Positions 23,948 through 37,921 of a DNA stretch of 64,000 nt are shown piece by piece. Origin of the DNA: Balanoglossus misakiensis (lineage: Eukaryota; Animalia; Hemichordata); the NCBI GenBank assembly GCA_040954595.2, contig CM082585.2, positions 3,192,902 to 3,256,901 on the forward strand, given 5' to 3'. The notes under the pieces are model-generated. The model did not search any database, had not been told where the DNA came from, and saw only the letters and a program-made list of their open reading frames with translations. How positions within the stretch are numbered: the stretch's first letter is position 1; every line of letters begins with the position of its first letter. A program made the position numbers and the translations under genes.

Positions 23948-25133
23948 CCACGAACCTGTAGAACCACGAACCTGTAGACGTTGTTAAACATCACAATTAT
24001 CTTGGTATTATTTTCTCTTCAAGGTTATCCTGGTCACCGGCCAAGGATAACTTGGTGACAAAAGCAAACAGAGCTCTATACCAAATACAAATTGTTATAA
24101 AGAAACTGGGTGGAATTCATCTAAATCAGGCTTTCAAGCTATTTGATACAACTGTAGTTCCAATACTTTGTTATGGAGCAGAAATTTGGGGATATGAGTA
24201 TTCACTTGTAATTGAAAGGGTACAATTTAAGTTCTGTAGATTTCTTTTGGGTGTTAACTCCAGTGTAAACCATGAAGTTCTGCTCGGGGAATGTGGAAGG
24301 TTGCCACTCTCCTGCACATACACGAAGCGTTGTATTTCATACTGGCTTAAACTACTAAAGATGGATAATTCTCGATACCCAAAAGCCTGCTACGAAATGT
24401 TAAGAAATTTAGACTCCGCTGGGAGAGTTACATGGGCAACAAAGGTACGAGAATTATTGTTCAAGTATGGATTTGGAGTTGTCTGGTTTGAGCAATAGGT
24501 GGGGGAGTCAAACATGTTTTTGAAAATGTTCCATGAACGGTTACGTGATTGTTGCAGACAGGAATGGGCAGCTTCAATTAATGATTCCCACAGATTGCGT
24601 CAGTATGCTCAATATAAATCCATGCTTGAACCTGAATTATACTTGTCATGTATTAAAATTACAAAATTTAAATTTGACCTGGCACGTCTTCGCTGCTCAA
24701 GTCATAAGTTAGCCGTTGAAAAGGGACGGCACTGTACGCCATCTATTCCCTTGTGTCAGAGAACATGTCCCTACTGTGAAAAGCAAGGTATAGCAATTGT
24801 TGAGGATGAGTGTCATTTTTTGCTATTTTGTCCATTGTATGAGGAGGAGAGGTCTAAGCTTATTCCTCTAAAATTCCGTATTAACCCTACACGGGAAAAA
24901 TGTTTTGCTCTGCTAACTTCTAAAACTCAGCAACTTCAATATACACTTGCAGTTTTTGTTCATAAGTCTTTTAAGAAGCGGGATTACTTTGTACAGCAGC
25001 AAATGCAGCGAAATTGATACGTTGGCTTATAGTTTGTGATTCCATGTATTTTTTTTTTCTCTCTGAGGGTGGAATGTCTTTGTGTGATGGGCTGAGGCCC
25101 TGACATTTGAAATAAACATTATTATTATTATTA
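23948..25133 (+). mobile_element. 5'-truncated non-LTR retrotransposon (same broad clade as 10328-15170)
   Basis: PILCYGAEIWG, LGECGRLPL, LARLRCSSHKLAVEKGRH, CPYC..EDECHFLLFCP; in-frame TAG at 24496-24498; AATAAA plus (ATT)n tail. Confidence 0.9.
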
Positions 25134-25932
25134 TATTTAAAACATATTTATAAGCACCGAGCTATATTTGTCTGTAAAATATTAAATGCGGTAGCGCCAT
25201 ATTGGAATATGTGCAAGTAGAACACATTCGCGGTCTTGTGGCAGTGACTGTACTGCGCATATGGAAACCGAAAGCACAGACGGCTGGATATGTAAATTTA
25301 GGGCCCTGGCCCTGGACTCAAAAGTCGTCTGAACAATTACTTATAGTATGGAAAATGTTACGTTCTCTCTGGCCCTTTCTTACACACATATCCGTCTAAA
25401 GCTTTGTGTATATTGGCCGGCTCACCATATAAAATGTATTGTTTACGAATGTCCAATCGGGATATTTTTTACATGAGTTTTACTGGAGGTATTGTCGCTC
25501 GTCTATTTTCGGCTATGTTCATATTCTCTTAGCTGACTCATACATTTATGTGGTAAAACCGTACGAAAACCAGGAAAATGCATCATTCTCTCATGTTTCT
25601 TGCATATAACCTGTAGTGGTGGGCAGGTAGCCACATGACATATACAAATGTACGGGGAAAATACTGCAACTTCGTTTTCTTTTACCATGCATGACACAGC
25701 GTGTCCACTAATATATGAGCGGGTGTTATAGGAAAAAGTGTTATTTTAATAGTTCTCCGGTTCAAAAATACACGTGATGGAATAAGAGTATATACTTGCT
25801 TACACGAGACAACAATAGGCTATGTACTTTTATTCTTTTATTGGCATAATTTTCCCGTGAAACTCAGTACAGTTTCGATTTCTCTACGAACTTTACTAAA
25901 AAAATCCATGTCATCCAGAAAATTAACCAAAA

Positions 25933-26050
25933 TTAGGGAATATAGAAATTGCAGTAGAAGATCACTTCACCAAAGTAAGAGATAGCATCATGCAGACAAA
26001 CGCCGCCAGGCAAGGAAGAAGTAACTAATTTGATGGGAGCCCAGGAAAAA
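25933..26050 (-). pseudogene. Orphan exon 4 remnant (A8-type) lacking its acceptor
   Basis: Reads FSWAPIKLVTSSLPGGVCLHDAISYFGEVIFYCNFYIP*. Similar remnants lie at 29528-29645, 52070-52188 and 54913-55030. Confidence 0.7.
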
Positions 26051-26416
26051 CAATAAAACATAATTATAACTGTGACAACATTTGTTGTGGACAGGACGAA
26101 TGTAGGCAGCATGAAGATACACCATCTGAATTTTGTCAGTGTCCTATACACCTGGCGGGCTATTGTATGGTAATTCACCATCTCACTTTGAGAGATCCGG
26201 CATATCTGACTATTGCGGGATCTACATCTGCTGTATGTCTGCCAGAGCGCCAATCAACACCAATCAGTACCAATTTCAAGAAAACGACACTACTTTACAA
26301 TTCCTTTATAGACATTATTTAATCCATTCCTCTAAAACGCAATACAGTTTGATTATAATTATTCCACGAACTTTACACGTCAGAAAAATCCATGTCCTCA
26401 AGATAATTCACCAATT

Positions 26417-27911
26417 TTAGAGGAGATAGAAATCGCAGTAAAAGAACTCCTCACCAAAGCGAGGGATGGAATACAGACAAGCGCCGTCAGGGACGGAAGA
26501 AGTAACTGGTTTGAATGGAACCCAGGAAAAGGGCCCCGAGAATACCTCGTCGCATTCCGTTTCCTGAAAAGGGATGGGAAAGGGTTGGTTGTTAATCTTT
26601 ACAGATGGGAAGGTCTACAGTGAGACAGGTGGATGACATTCGGTGGCGTTTTATTTTTTATAGAAAATGCTGAATTGATTGGTAGTCTATCTTCTATACA
26701 CAACGGAAATTTTCCATATTTACTCAGACATGTTTCCCAGACTCTAGTACGTTGAAATTTTCCACCGGCCAGTGCGTGCTTTTTTCAATTCTGTTTGTTT
26801 TGGCCTGCGAAAACAACACTGAAAAACTAGAATAATGCTTTCTATCCTGTCTTGATTTTTTCAGGCAACATGCATTTTGATATTGTATTATATATTTATA
26901 TACACACCTTGCAATGATAAGTGGCAATTCCGTTGGCATACAGTGTTGCGTCGCATTTCCCACATCTGGAAATCAACTTGCTTCCGTCACCAGGGCCCTG
27001 TATTTAATAGAATGGAAAATACGTTAGACAAGTACCTGATATATGTGAAACTTTCTACATATAATTGTTTATTATATAAAGCATCACTTGATAATACTGA
27101 CAGATTAGTTACTTTTAACAGAAATATTTGGTTGCGGTGTTGAGATATGAACCTTGGAGGGGATCTCATGATAGACTTCAATTCTACATAAACTAAATAA
27201 TTTCAGATAGTCAATATGGGATTTATAATACACGTCGGCAGAGAGCTTTTAAGTCCCCAAACGGCGACAGGAGAGTAAGAATTTACTCACCAGGTCGATA
27301 TAATCGGAAGGGTGCTTGTGGGTTATTATAACTGTTGAAAAATTAGTATCGGTCTTAAAACCCGTAGCGTATGTAGTTGAACCTCGACTTCGTTCCTGAA
27401 CAAGACCGGTCCTGACGTCATTGACCTTGGCAAACAGCTCTGACGGACACTCCTCGGTTAATTCACAGTCCAAGTAATTCAATCCGTTATCTGTGTTCAC
27501 ATCAACCTTGCATATTATACCAGGACAATCTCGATTTATCTCCCCGTTCTCTACATTCACCACGGCTCCACTCTCATGAAATCCATTGTCTGCATTAACC
27601 ATGGATCCACTCGCATGAAACGATATCAACACAAATATTGTTGTGGCGGCAAATTGTTGAAATGTCTGAGATAGAAAAAAAAAGATGAACTTAAATTAAA
27701 AGTTTAGAAAAGTTTACATCATCTTTTTTCTGTATTGGTAAAATGTATTGGTCGTATTCGCTCTATGCCTAGTGTTTTCTTGCCTAATGCCATCTGTGTC
27801 AAAACGTACCAAGATACGACAATGACCAGGAAACCAAACACGATGCCATGTTCTGGCCAAGCTTGACTGAACACTTACCATGATTCTATATGTGTTGTAT
27901 GAACGTACCAT
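26417..27911 (-). CDS. Array gene A6, 204 aa
   Basis: Exons 27911-27909, 27665-27291, 26997-26908, 26563-26417 (TAA); open frame. Confidence 0.8.
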
Positions 27912-30004
27912 TGTGTGCATGTTACGTACGAGTGCAAGCATCGACAGCAAGGTTTGAAAGTTTTTGACTTGTAGATGAACAGCGTGCAAATTTGTATCCG
28001 TAAGCACCAATTTATTTTTGTCATGGTTTTTATTTCTGTCTGTAAAATATTAAATGCGGTAGTGCCATATTGGAATATGTGCAAGTAAAACACATTTCGT
28101 ATCTTTTGTGTCTGCGATTGTCGTTCGAACACGTAAACTAACAAAACTGGACATATTGGGGTCCTAGATCCTTGGACAATTACGTGAGGCGCGGAGAGTT
28201 TATACAAACTTCGTTCGCATTTCTCCATTCTTATAACTCTATATGCTCATGCCCGGCATTAGTATGTACACCATGATTATTTTCTATAAAGGAATTTTTG
28301 ACCACATGCGGTTACGGGTACTAAAATTAAATATACAATGGTTGTGTATTTTTGTTAAAACTTTATTACTTCGTTTGCGTTTGTATTAATAGATTTATTG
28401 AAGATACAGCATTCGAATATTTCTGCAATGGATACACTTTCTCACGTTAAAGGGACACAGTTGCCCTCTATTCGCCAATTTTCTTTGTTTGGTACGAAAA
28501 TGGTCTGTGCCGATGGGACATTAGCTGTATGGTATGATATGCTGTATGCTGGGCATTTCTTCATACTTCAAATATTTGAACAAAAAACTGCAGTACATGT
28601 AGATACACAAAACAAAAATACTGAAATATTAGCGTAAAGTTACAGCTAATGGAGCTTTAAATACTAGCCAACTGTCAACAAATTCAACTTGCTTGTAGAC
28701 AGACAAGATTAAACAGTTACGATATCAACACAACTATTGTTGCGGCGGAAAATCGTTACATGTGTATGTAAAATATTAAATGCGGTAGTGCCATATTGGA
28801 ATATGTGCAAGTAGAACACATTAGCGGTCTTGTGGCAGTGACTGTACTGCGAACATGGGAACCGAAAGCACAGACGACTGGATATGTAAATTTAGGGCCC
28901 TACCCCTGGACTCAGAAGTCGTCTGAACAAGTATGTATAGTGAGGAAAATGTTACGATCACTCTTGCCCTTTCTTACACACAGATCTCTTTAAAACGTGT
29001 ATTATGACTGGCTCACCATATAAAATGTATTGTTTACGAATGTCCAATCGGGATATTTTTTTACATGAGTTTTACTGGAGTTCTTGTCGCTCGTCTCATT
29101 TGGGTTATGCTTATATTCTCTTAGCGGACTCATATGTGGTAAAAACGTAAGAAAACCAGATAATGCATCATTTTCTCATGTATCTGGCATATAACCTGTA
29201 GTGGTGGGCAGGTGGCCACATGACATATACAAATGTACATAAGAAATACTGCAACTTCGTTTGATTTTCCACGCATGACACAGCACGCAAAATTAAGGGA
29301 GCGTGTGCAAAAATACATGAGCGGGTGTTATTTAGGAAAATGTTTTATTCTCCGGTTCAATAATAACACGTGATGGAATTAGAGTATACACTTGTTTACA
29401 CGAGACAACAGTAGGCTATGTACTTTTCTTCTTTTATTGGCATAATTTTCCCGTGAAACTCAGTACAGTTTCGATTTCTCTACGAACTTTACTAAGAAAT
29501 CCATGTCATCCAGAAAATTAACCAAAATTAGGGAATATAGAAATTGCAGTAGAAGATCACTTCACCAAAGTGAGAGATAGCATCCTGCAGACAAACGCCG
29601 CCAGGCAAGGAAGAAGTAACTGGTTTGATCGGAACCCAGGAAAAACAATAAAACATAATTATAACTGTGACAACATTTGTTGTGGACAGGACGAATGTAG
29701 GCAGCATGAAGATACGCCATCTGAATTTGTCAGTGTCCTATACACCTGGCGGGCTATTGTATGGTAATTCACCATCTCAGTTTGAGAGATCCGGCATATG
29801 TGACTATTGCGGGATCTACATCTGCTGTATGTCTTCCAGAACGCCAATCAACACCAATCAGTACCAATTTCAAGAAAACGACACTACTATACAATTCCTT
29901 TATAGACATTATTTAATACATTCCTCTAAACTCAATACAGTTTGATTATAATTATTCCACGAACTTTACAGAAAAATCCATGTCCTCAAGATAATTCACC
30001 AATT

Positions 30005-32067
30005 TTAGGGAAGATAGAAATCGCAGTGAAAGAACTCCTCACCAAAGTGAGTTATGGCATACAGACAAGCGCCGTCAGGGACGGAAGAAGTAACTGGTTT
30101 GACAGGAACCCAGGAAAAGGCCCCCGAGAATACTTCGTCGCATTCCGTTTCCTGAAAAGGGATGGGAAAGGGTTGGTCGTTAATCTTTACAGATTGGAAA
30201 GTCTACAGTGAGACAGGTGGATGACATTCGGTGAAGTTTTATTTTTTTTAAAGTGCTGAATTGATTGGTAGTCTATTTTCTATACACAACGGAAATTTCC
30301 CATATCTACTCAGACATGTTTCCCAGACTCTAGAACTTAACCGTACGTTTAAAACTGTGCGTGATATTTTTCAATTCTGTTTGTTTTGGCCTCCGAAAAC
30401 AACACTGAAAAGCTAGAAAAATGATTTCTATCCTTCCAGATTTTCAGGCAACATGCATTATGATGTTGTATTACATATTGACATCAAAGACAAAGCGCAT
30501 TATAATAATGGTTCACAATACAAACCTTGCAATGATAAGCGGTGATTCCGTTGGCATACAGTGTCCCATCGCATATCCCACAACTGGAAATCAACTTTCT
30601 TCCGTCACCAGGGCCCTGTATTTAATAGAATGGAAAATACGTTAGACAAGTAACTGATATTTATCAAAGTTTTAAAACTTTCTATGTAATCGTTTATTAT
30701 ATAAGGCATCAATTGGCAATGCTGACAGATTGATTACTTTTAACATAAATATTTGGTGGCGGTGTTAAGATATGGGCATTAGAGAGGGGTTTCTGCTGGG
30801 TTCACATCTAGGCCCACAGCTAGGTAAAACTAATCCCGATGATTGTGACAAGATAAGCTAATCTTTTGTCCCCGTTCACATTGTGTTTGGCACAGTTCTC
30901 GACAACGTCGTCTCGCCAACCTTTGACCTTATAAAGCAGAACCATGTTGGTCCTCTTCTGGTTGTTTATGCGATTTTCACCATTGTCAAATGATAGACTA
31001 CACTGTTTATGTCAGTTGTAAAATGTGTCAACTAGGACCAGAGGCTGACAAAAAATGCGTCCACACACACCAGGCTGAGATCAGAGTCGACCACAAACCA
31101 CCCCATTCAACTGGGAATAATTGTCCGGACAAGGGTCGGCCAGACCCGTTCACACCTGTTGCCTAGCCTTTTTGAGTAATGTGAACGGCCTATTCATGAT
31201 AGACTTCATAACTACATAAACTAAATATTTTCAAACAATCAATATGAGATTTATAATACCCGTCGGCAGACAGGTTTTAGTCGCCAAGCGGAGACAGAAA
31301 GGATATAAGACTTAACTCACCAGGTCGATAGTATCGGAAGGGTGCTTGTCGGATATTAGAACACATGAAAAACTAGTATCGGTCGTAAAACCCGTAGCGT
31401 AAATATTCGAACTTCGACTTCGTTCCTGGACAAGACCGGTCCTGACGTCATTGACCTTGGCAAACAGCTCTGACGGATACTCCTCTGTTAATTCACAGTC
31501 CAAGTAATTAAATCCGTCATCTGCGTTCACATCAACATTGCATTTTAAACTTTTCTCCCCATCCTCTTCCTTCACCACGGCTCCACTCGCATGAAATCCA
31601 TTCTCTGCAATCACCATGGATCCACTCACATGAAACGATATCAACACAACCATTGTTGCGGCGGCAAATCGTGGAAATGTCTGAGATAGAACAAAAAAGA
31701 TTATGAACTGAAATTATGAGTTTATATCATGTTTTTCTTATTAAAATTGTTGCATCATTTCCACTATTCTGCTTTGACAATGTTCTGGTAAAATGTATAT
31801 GTTTAAATTAAACAGAGACCACAAAGGTACTTTACTGTGTTACTTTGAAAAAAAAACCTTTTTCACAATTCCTACTGAGTCACGATTAAAAATGGCTGTC
31901 CCTTTGGTCGTATTCGCTGTATGCCTAGTGGCTTCTTGCCTTATGCCAATTGTGTCAGAAAGTACCAAGATACGACAATGATCGGGAAATCAAACACGAT
32001 GCCATGTTCTGGCCAAGCTTGACTGAACACTTACCATGATTCTATAAGTATTGTATGAACTTACCAT
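30005..32067 (-). CDS. Array gene A7, 199 aa
   Basis: Exons 32067-32065, 31680-31321, 30615-30526, 30151-30005; open frame. Confidence 0.8.
30797..31191. mobile_element. MITE-like insertion in intron 2 of A7, shared with A14 (about 56187-56585)
   Basis: Ends gggttcacat..atgtgaacggcc (PIF/Harbinger-like TIR, inferred). Absent from intron 2 of A6, A12 and A13. Confidence 0.55.
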
Positions 32068-32865
32068 TGTGTGCATGTTACGTACGAATGCAAGAATCGA
32101 CAACAAGGGTTGAAAGTGTTTGACTCGTCACTTTATAGATAAACAGCGTGCAACTTGTATATCCGTAAGCACCAAGTTATTTTTGTCATGGTTTTTATTT
32201 CTGTGTGTATAAAATTAAATGTGGCGGCGCCATATTGGAATATGTGCTAGTAAAACACATTTCGTATCTTTTGTGTCAGCGATTGGCGTTCGAACAAGTA
32301 AACTAACAAAACTGGACATATTGGGGTCCTAGATCCTTGGACAATTACGCGTGGAGCAGAAAATTTATACAAACTTCGCTCACATTTCTCCATTCCTATA
32401 ACTCTCCGGCATAAGTATGTACATCATGATTGTTTTGCATTCTATAAAGGAATTTTAGACCAAATGCGGTTACGGGTACTAAAGTTAAATATACAATGGT
32501 TGGGTATTTTTGTTAAAACTTTATTACTACGTTTGCGTTTGTATTAATGGATTGAAATGAAGATACAGCATTCGAATATTTCTGTAATAGATACACTTTC
32601 TCACGTTAAAAGGGACAAAGTCGCCCTCTATTCGCCATTTTTTTTCGAACTAAAACTGTCTGTGCCGATGGGACATTAGCTGTATGGTATGATATGCTGT
32701 TTGTTGGGCATTTCTTCAAGCTTCAAGGATTTAAACAAAAAAACTGCAGTAGATACACAAAACAAAAATACTGAAATCATAGCGTAAATTTAAGGTAATG
32801 AAGCTTTAAATACTAGCCAACTGTCAACAAATTCAACTTGCTTGTAGACATACAAGATTAAACAG

Positions 32866-33114
32866 TTACGATATCAACACAACTATTTTTGCAGCGGAAA
32901 ATCGTTGAAATGTCTGAGATGGAAAACAGATGTAATGACAATGAGTATATACCGTCTTAACCTTATTTAAATGAGTGCATTTTTTCACAAAATCATGAAT
33001 CTTGTAGCAAGACAACATATATAAGGACATCAAATAGGTTGGTCCGTTCCGGCCCAGCATGCCCGAACATTAACAATTTTCGCATAAGTGCAAATACAAT
33101 AGTCGACTTACCAT
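32866..33114 (-). pseudogene. Truncated array copy: exon 1 plus the first 15 codons of exon 2
   Basis: ATG|gtaagt at 33114-33112, acceptor before 32913, TFQRFSAAKIVVLIS then TAA. A shorter relic of the same junction lies at about 28727-28757. Confidence 0.7.
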
Positions 33115-33935
33115 TGTGTGCGTATTACATTCGAATGCAAACATCGACATCAAGGTTCACCTCAGCCATGTTGAACCTTAACTCGCCACTTTATATACAT
33201 TGTATATAAAAAAGTATTAATAAGCACCGAACTATATTTGTCTGTAAAATATTAAATGCGGTAGTGCCATATTGGAATATGTGCAAGTAGAACACATTCG
33301 CGGTCTTGTGTCAGGGACTGTACTGCGAACATGGGAACCGAAAGCACAGACGGCTGGATATGTAACTTTAGGGCCATGCCCCTGGACTCAAAAGTCGTCT
33401 AAACAATTACTTATAGTACGGAAAATGTTACGTTCTCTCTGACCCTTTCTTACACACATATCCGTCTAAAGCTTTGTGTAAATTGGCTGGCTCGCCATAT
33501 AAAATGTTTTGTTTACGAATGTCCAGTTGGGAGTTTTACTGGAGGTCTTGTCGCTCGTCTATTTTGGGATATGCTTATATTCTCTTAGCAGTCTCATATG
33601 TGGTAAAAACGTAAGAAAACCAGGAAAAATTTTCTAATGTTTCTGGCGTATAACCTGTAGTGGCAGGTAGCCACATGACATATACAAATGTACATAATAA
33701 TTACTGCAATTTCGTTCGCTTTTACCATCCATGACACATGTGTTATTTTAATAGTTCTCCGGTTCGAAAATAACACGTGATGGAATTAGAGTATTCACTT
33801 GTTTACACGAGACAACTATAGGCTATATACTTTTCTTCTTTTATTGGCATAATTTTCCTCGTGAAACAGAGTACAGTTTCGATTACTCTAAGAACATTAC
33901 AGAAAAATCCATGTCATCCAGAAAATTGTCCATAA

Positions 33936-36304
33936 TTAGGGAATATAGAAATTGCAGTAGAAGATCACTTCACCAAAGTGAGAGATAGCATCCTGCAGAC
34001 AAACGCCTCCAGACAAGGAAGAAGTAAGTGGTTTGATGGGTACCCAGGAAAAAGGACCCGAGAATGCGTCGTGACATTCCGTTTCCTGAAAAGAGATGTG
34101 TATACTGTAGTTAGGAAAAGCTTAGACAGACATACATCGGAATGGCATAAGATCACATTTTTTGATGTTGTATTATTATAATGGTTCACAGTATACAAAC
34201 CTTGCAATGATAAGCGCCAACTCTGTTGTCATACAGTGTCACATCACAGTGCCCACAACTTGAAATCAACTCGCTGCCGTTACCAGGGCCCTGTATTCAA
34301 TAATAATAGAATTGATTAAAGCTGCAAGCAGCATTGAAGGGACCCAAGCAAATAGAGATAGTCATGACTAATCCATTGCATCAAATGCCAATGCTGTAAC
34401 TGCTGTGGATGCTGAGATATGGGAAAGTTTGTCAAAGGTCACCTGAGGCCACCCAAAATTTGGAATAAAAATTGTGACTCCATATTGGTCCATGTGCAAC
34501 AGAAACCAAACTTCTAGCCCATTTGGTTAGCCTGGATTTAGGTATGCACATAATTAATTAGCTAAGCAGGTGTCACAGGTGATCCCCGAATTTGGCATTA
34601 CATTATGGTCCCATCCCTCTAAACGCCAAGTATGAACCTGCTCTGGATGCTGAGATATGGGGAAAGTTTGTCAAAGGTCACCTGAGGTCACCCAAAATTT
34701 GGAATAAAAATTGTGACTCCATATTGGTCTATGTGCAACAGAAACCAAACTTCTAGCCCATTTGGTTAGCCTGGATTTAGGTATGCACATAATTAATGAG
34801 CTTAGCAGGTGTCACAGGTGATCCCGGAATTTGGCATTGCATTATGGCCCATCCCTCCAAAGGCCAAGGCTGTACCTGCTCTGGATGCCGAGATATGGGA
34901 AAGTAGGTCAAAGTTCTCCTGAGGTAACCCAAAATTTTTGGGGGAAATGTTGACTCCATAATGGTCCATGTGCAACAAAAACCAGACTTCTAGCCCTTTT
35001 GGTTAGCCTGGAATTAGGTATGCACATAATTAATGAATTAAGCAGGTGTGACACACAGGTGACCCCCGAATTTGGCTTTTTATTTTGGTTCCATACTGCT
35101 CACTGGCCCATAGACAGTCACTGTCCAGGACCATTGCACATTCCAGACTTCCACAATAAGATGCGAACATAGGCCAACTGGTTGGTCCAAAGGCCATAAA
35201 AAATATGGAAAAAATATTATAAAAATTATCTTCTTAAAATTGACATGGCCTAGGCTCTTGACATTTAGCATACAGGATCTTGGTGATATGGTCTTCAAAG
35301 TTTAAGAAAAGAATTTTAATGCTGCCATTCATATGCAAATTAGGCCAATTTGAAAATTTTGATCGGATATAGCAACCAGGTCACGTGACTAATTACAAAT
35401 TAAAAGGTCAGGTGCACGAGTACTCATTGACCCCTGACCACCATGCTAAGTTTCAGAAGCACAGCTGCAGCGGTTTTTGAGATTTACATGGGCAAAAAAA
35501 ACGACTCAAGAAGAAATAAGAAAAACTCCAGCAATTACAATAAGGACCCAAGCGCCTGAGGGCACCTGTTTAACATTAGTCAAACTTCTATATAAAATAA
35601 TAAGAAACGGCGACAAGAATGACATGTCTACATGGATTGAATCCGTATTATCCGCTAATCACTCAGTATTTTCAGACAGTCACCAAGGGATATACACTGG
35701 GGCCGACAAACAAAATTTGTTTCATAATCAATATGAAAGAATTACTAAGTTAGCCAAGATTTTACTCACAAGATCGATATCATCGGAAAGGCGCCCGTCT
35801 ACTATTGCAACAACTGAAAAACTAGTATCGGTCTTAAAGTCCACAGCGTACGTATTCGAACTTCGACTTATTTCCTGGACAAGACCAGCCCTGACGTCAT
35901 TGGCTTTGGCGGACAGTTCTGCATGACACTCCTCTGTTATTTCACAGTCTGAGTAATGCATTCCGTCATCTGTGTTTACATCCACTTTGCATATCATACC
36001 GGGACAATCTGGACTGTTCTCCCCATCCTCTCTCTTCATCACGGCCCCACTCGCATGAAGTGATATCAACACAAATATTGTTGTGGCAGCAATTCGGTCA
36101 AATATCTGAGATGGAAAAACAGACAATGAGTATATGCCGTGCTAACCTTATTTAATTGAGTGCATTTTCGAAAAAATCATGAATCTTGTACCAAGACGTC
36201 ATGTATCGGGACATCAAACAGTATGGTCAGTTCCGGCCCAGCATGCCCGAATTTTAAAAAAATTTCGCATACGGTAAGTGCAAATACTTTAGTCAACTTA
36301 CCAT
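33936..36304 (-). CDS. Array gene A8, 192 aa (variant exons 3 and 4)
   Basis: Exons 36304-36302, 36105-35770, 34290-34201 (GPGNGSELISSCGHCDVTLYDNRVGAYHCK), 34085-33936; open frame. Confidence 0.8.
34310..35565 (-). mobile_element. Helentron/DINE-like insertion with about three internal 238-bp tandem repeats, in intron 2 of A8
   Basis: ggatgc.gagatatggg recurs at about 34407, 34645 and 34883. ggacccaagc occurs at both ends and there is a terminal hairpin aagctgcaagcagc. Related to 52-1044. Confidence 0.6.
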
Positions 36305-36999
36305 TGTGTGCGTATTACATTCGAATGCAAACATCGACAGCAAGCTTTACCTCAGCTATGTTGAAACTTCTTTATCCGTCAACATATATAAATGCAAAGT
36401 GTATTTATATAAATAAGTAAATTTATTTACATTTATTTCCCTGTCTGCATGTAAAACGTTAAACACGGTGGCGCCACAGTGGAATATGCGCAAGTGCAAA
36501 ACATTATTTCCTTTGTGTCAGTGATTGTAGTTCGGAAATGTAGTTCTGCCCATTAGTCTGCGCACGCGCAAGTATCACTTCACCCAGCTTGCAATGTTCA
36601 TAGTGTATCCACACCCCCTGTATTTACACCTCACCCCCCCCCCCCCGTCATTACAGCCCGGATTTCCTATTCCCATTTCCAACATTTCACCAGCCTTAAG
36701 CTGGCAAACACCGACACTAGGTGAAAGCAGCATTACCTTGTTATTTTCAGTTTCTACAAGTGTACATTAAATTTCTCATCCCTATGACTGTATGTGGTTA
36801 TGCCCGGCATTGCTATGTACATCATGAATGTTTTGCATTCCCATAAAGGAATTGAATACAAAATGGTATTCACAAATTGCTGGTACGTATACTGAAATTA
36901 GATATACAATGGCTAGGTATTTTTGTTACACTTTTTTGCCTTTTATACCTTTGTAAAATGCATTCAAATGAAGATACGACACTCCAATATGTTTTAGGT

Positions 37000-37450
37000 G
37001 AACAAACAGGAATTACTGACTTAAGAGATTGTGTCGTTTTATAATATTTCAATGGTTTCATTATCATTATTCACATTATTCTGCTCGTTTCACAATTTTA
37101 TGTTAGACTGGCCTTTGTTTATTACCAGTATATATACCTCTATGTTTACATCATGACTCTTTCAGCATTTTTATAGTCATGATTTGAAAGTGTTTTCCCT
37201 TTGGTCGCATTCGCTATATGATGACCTCTTGCCATCTGTGTCAAAAAGTACTAAGAATGCAATTTTCAGGAAATCAAGCATGATGCCCTGTTCTGACACA
37301 GCTGGACTGAACACTTACCATTTATAACAGTGCTATATGAGCTTACCATTGTGTTTGTATTACAGACGAATGCAAACATCGAAAGCAAGGTTCACCCCAG
37401 CTATGTTGAAACTTCTCGTGACTCCTCACTTTATATATATGCAAATTGTA
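37000..37450 (-). pseudogene. Orphan promoter, exon 1 and intron 1 with no exon 2
   Basis: ATG|gtaagc at 37349-37347 with TATA/octamer at about 37430-37446. Intron 1 ends at a destroyed acceptor near 36995. Confidence 0.65.
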
Positions 37451-37921
37451 TTTATAAGCACCGAGCTATTTTTGTCGTAAATTTGTTTTCCTGTCTGTAA
37501 AACATTACGTGTGGTGGCGCCATATTGGAATATTTGCAAGTAGAACACATTCGTGGTCTTGTGTCTGTGATTGTACTGAGAACATGAAAACTGAAAGCAC
37601 TAACGGCTACATGTGCATATACGGGGGCCCTTAACTCCAAAGTCGTTTGGACAATTAGGTATATGTGGAGGAAAAGTCTGGTCGTGCCCAGCATTAGTAG
37701 ATACCTCATAATTATTTTGTGTGTGTCTTGTCGCTGCATAAATTTAGCAAAGGGTTTTATTCTGATATCTCCGGGTCGAAAATACCACGTGATCAAAAAA
37801 GTACGCAATTGTTTACACGAGACAACTTCTTGTATTATTTTTATTGACGTAACGTTCTAATGCATTCCCATGAAACTCAGTTTGAATTTAAATGACAAAT
37901 CAATTTCATCAGTTAAGCAGG

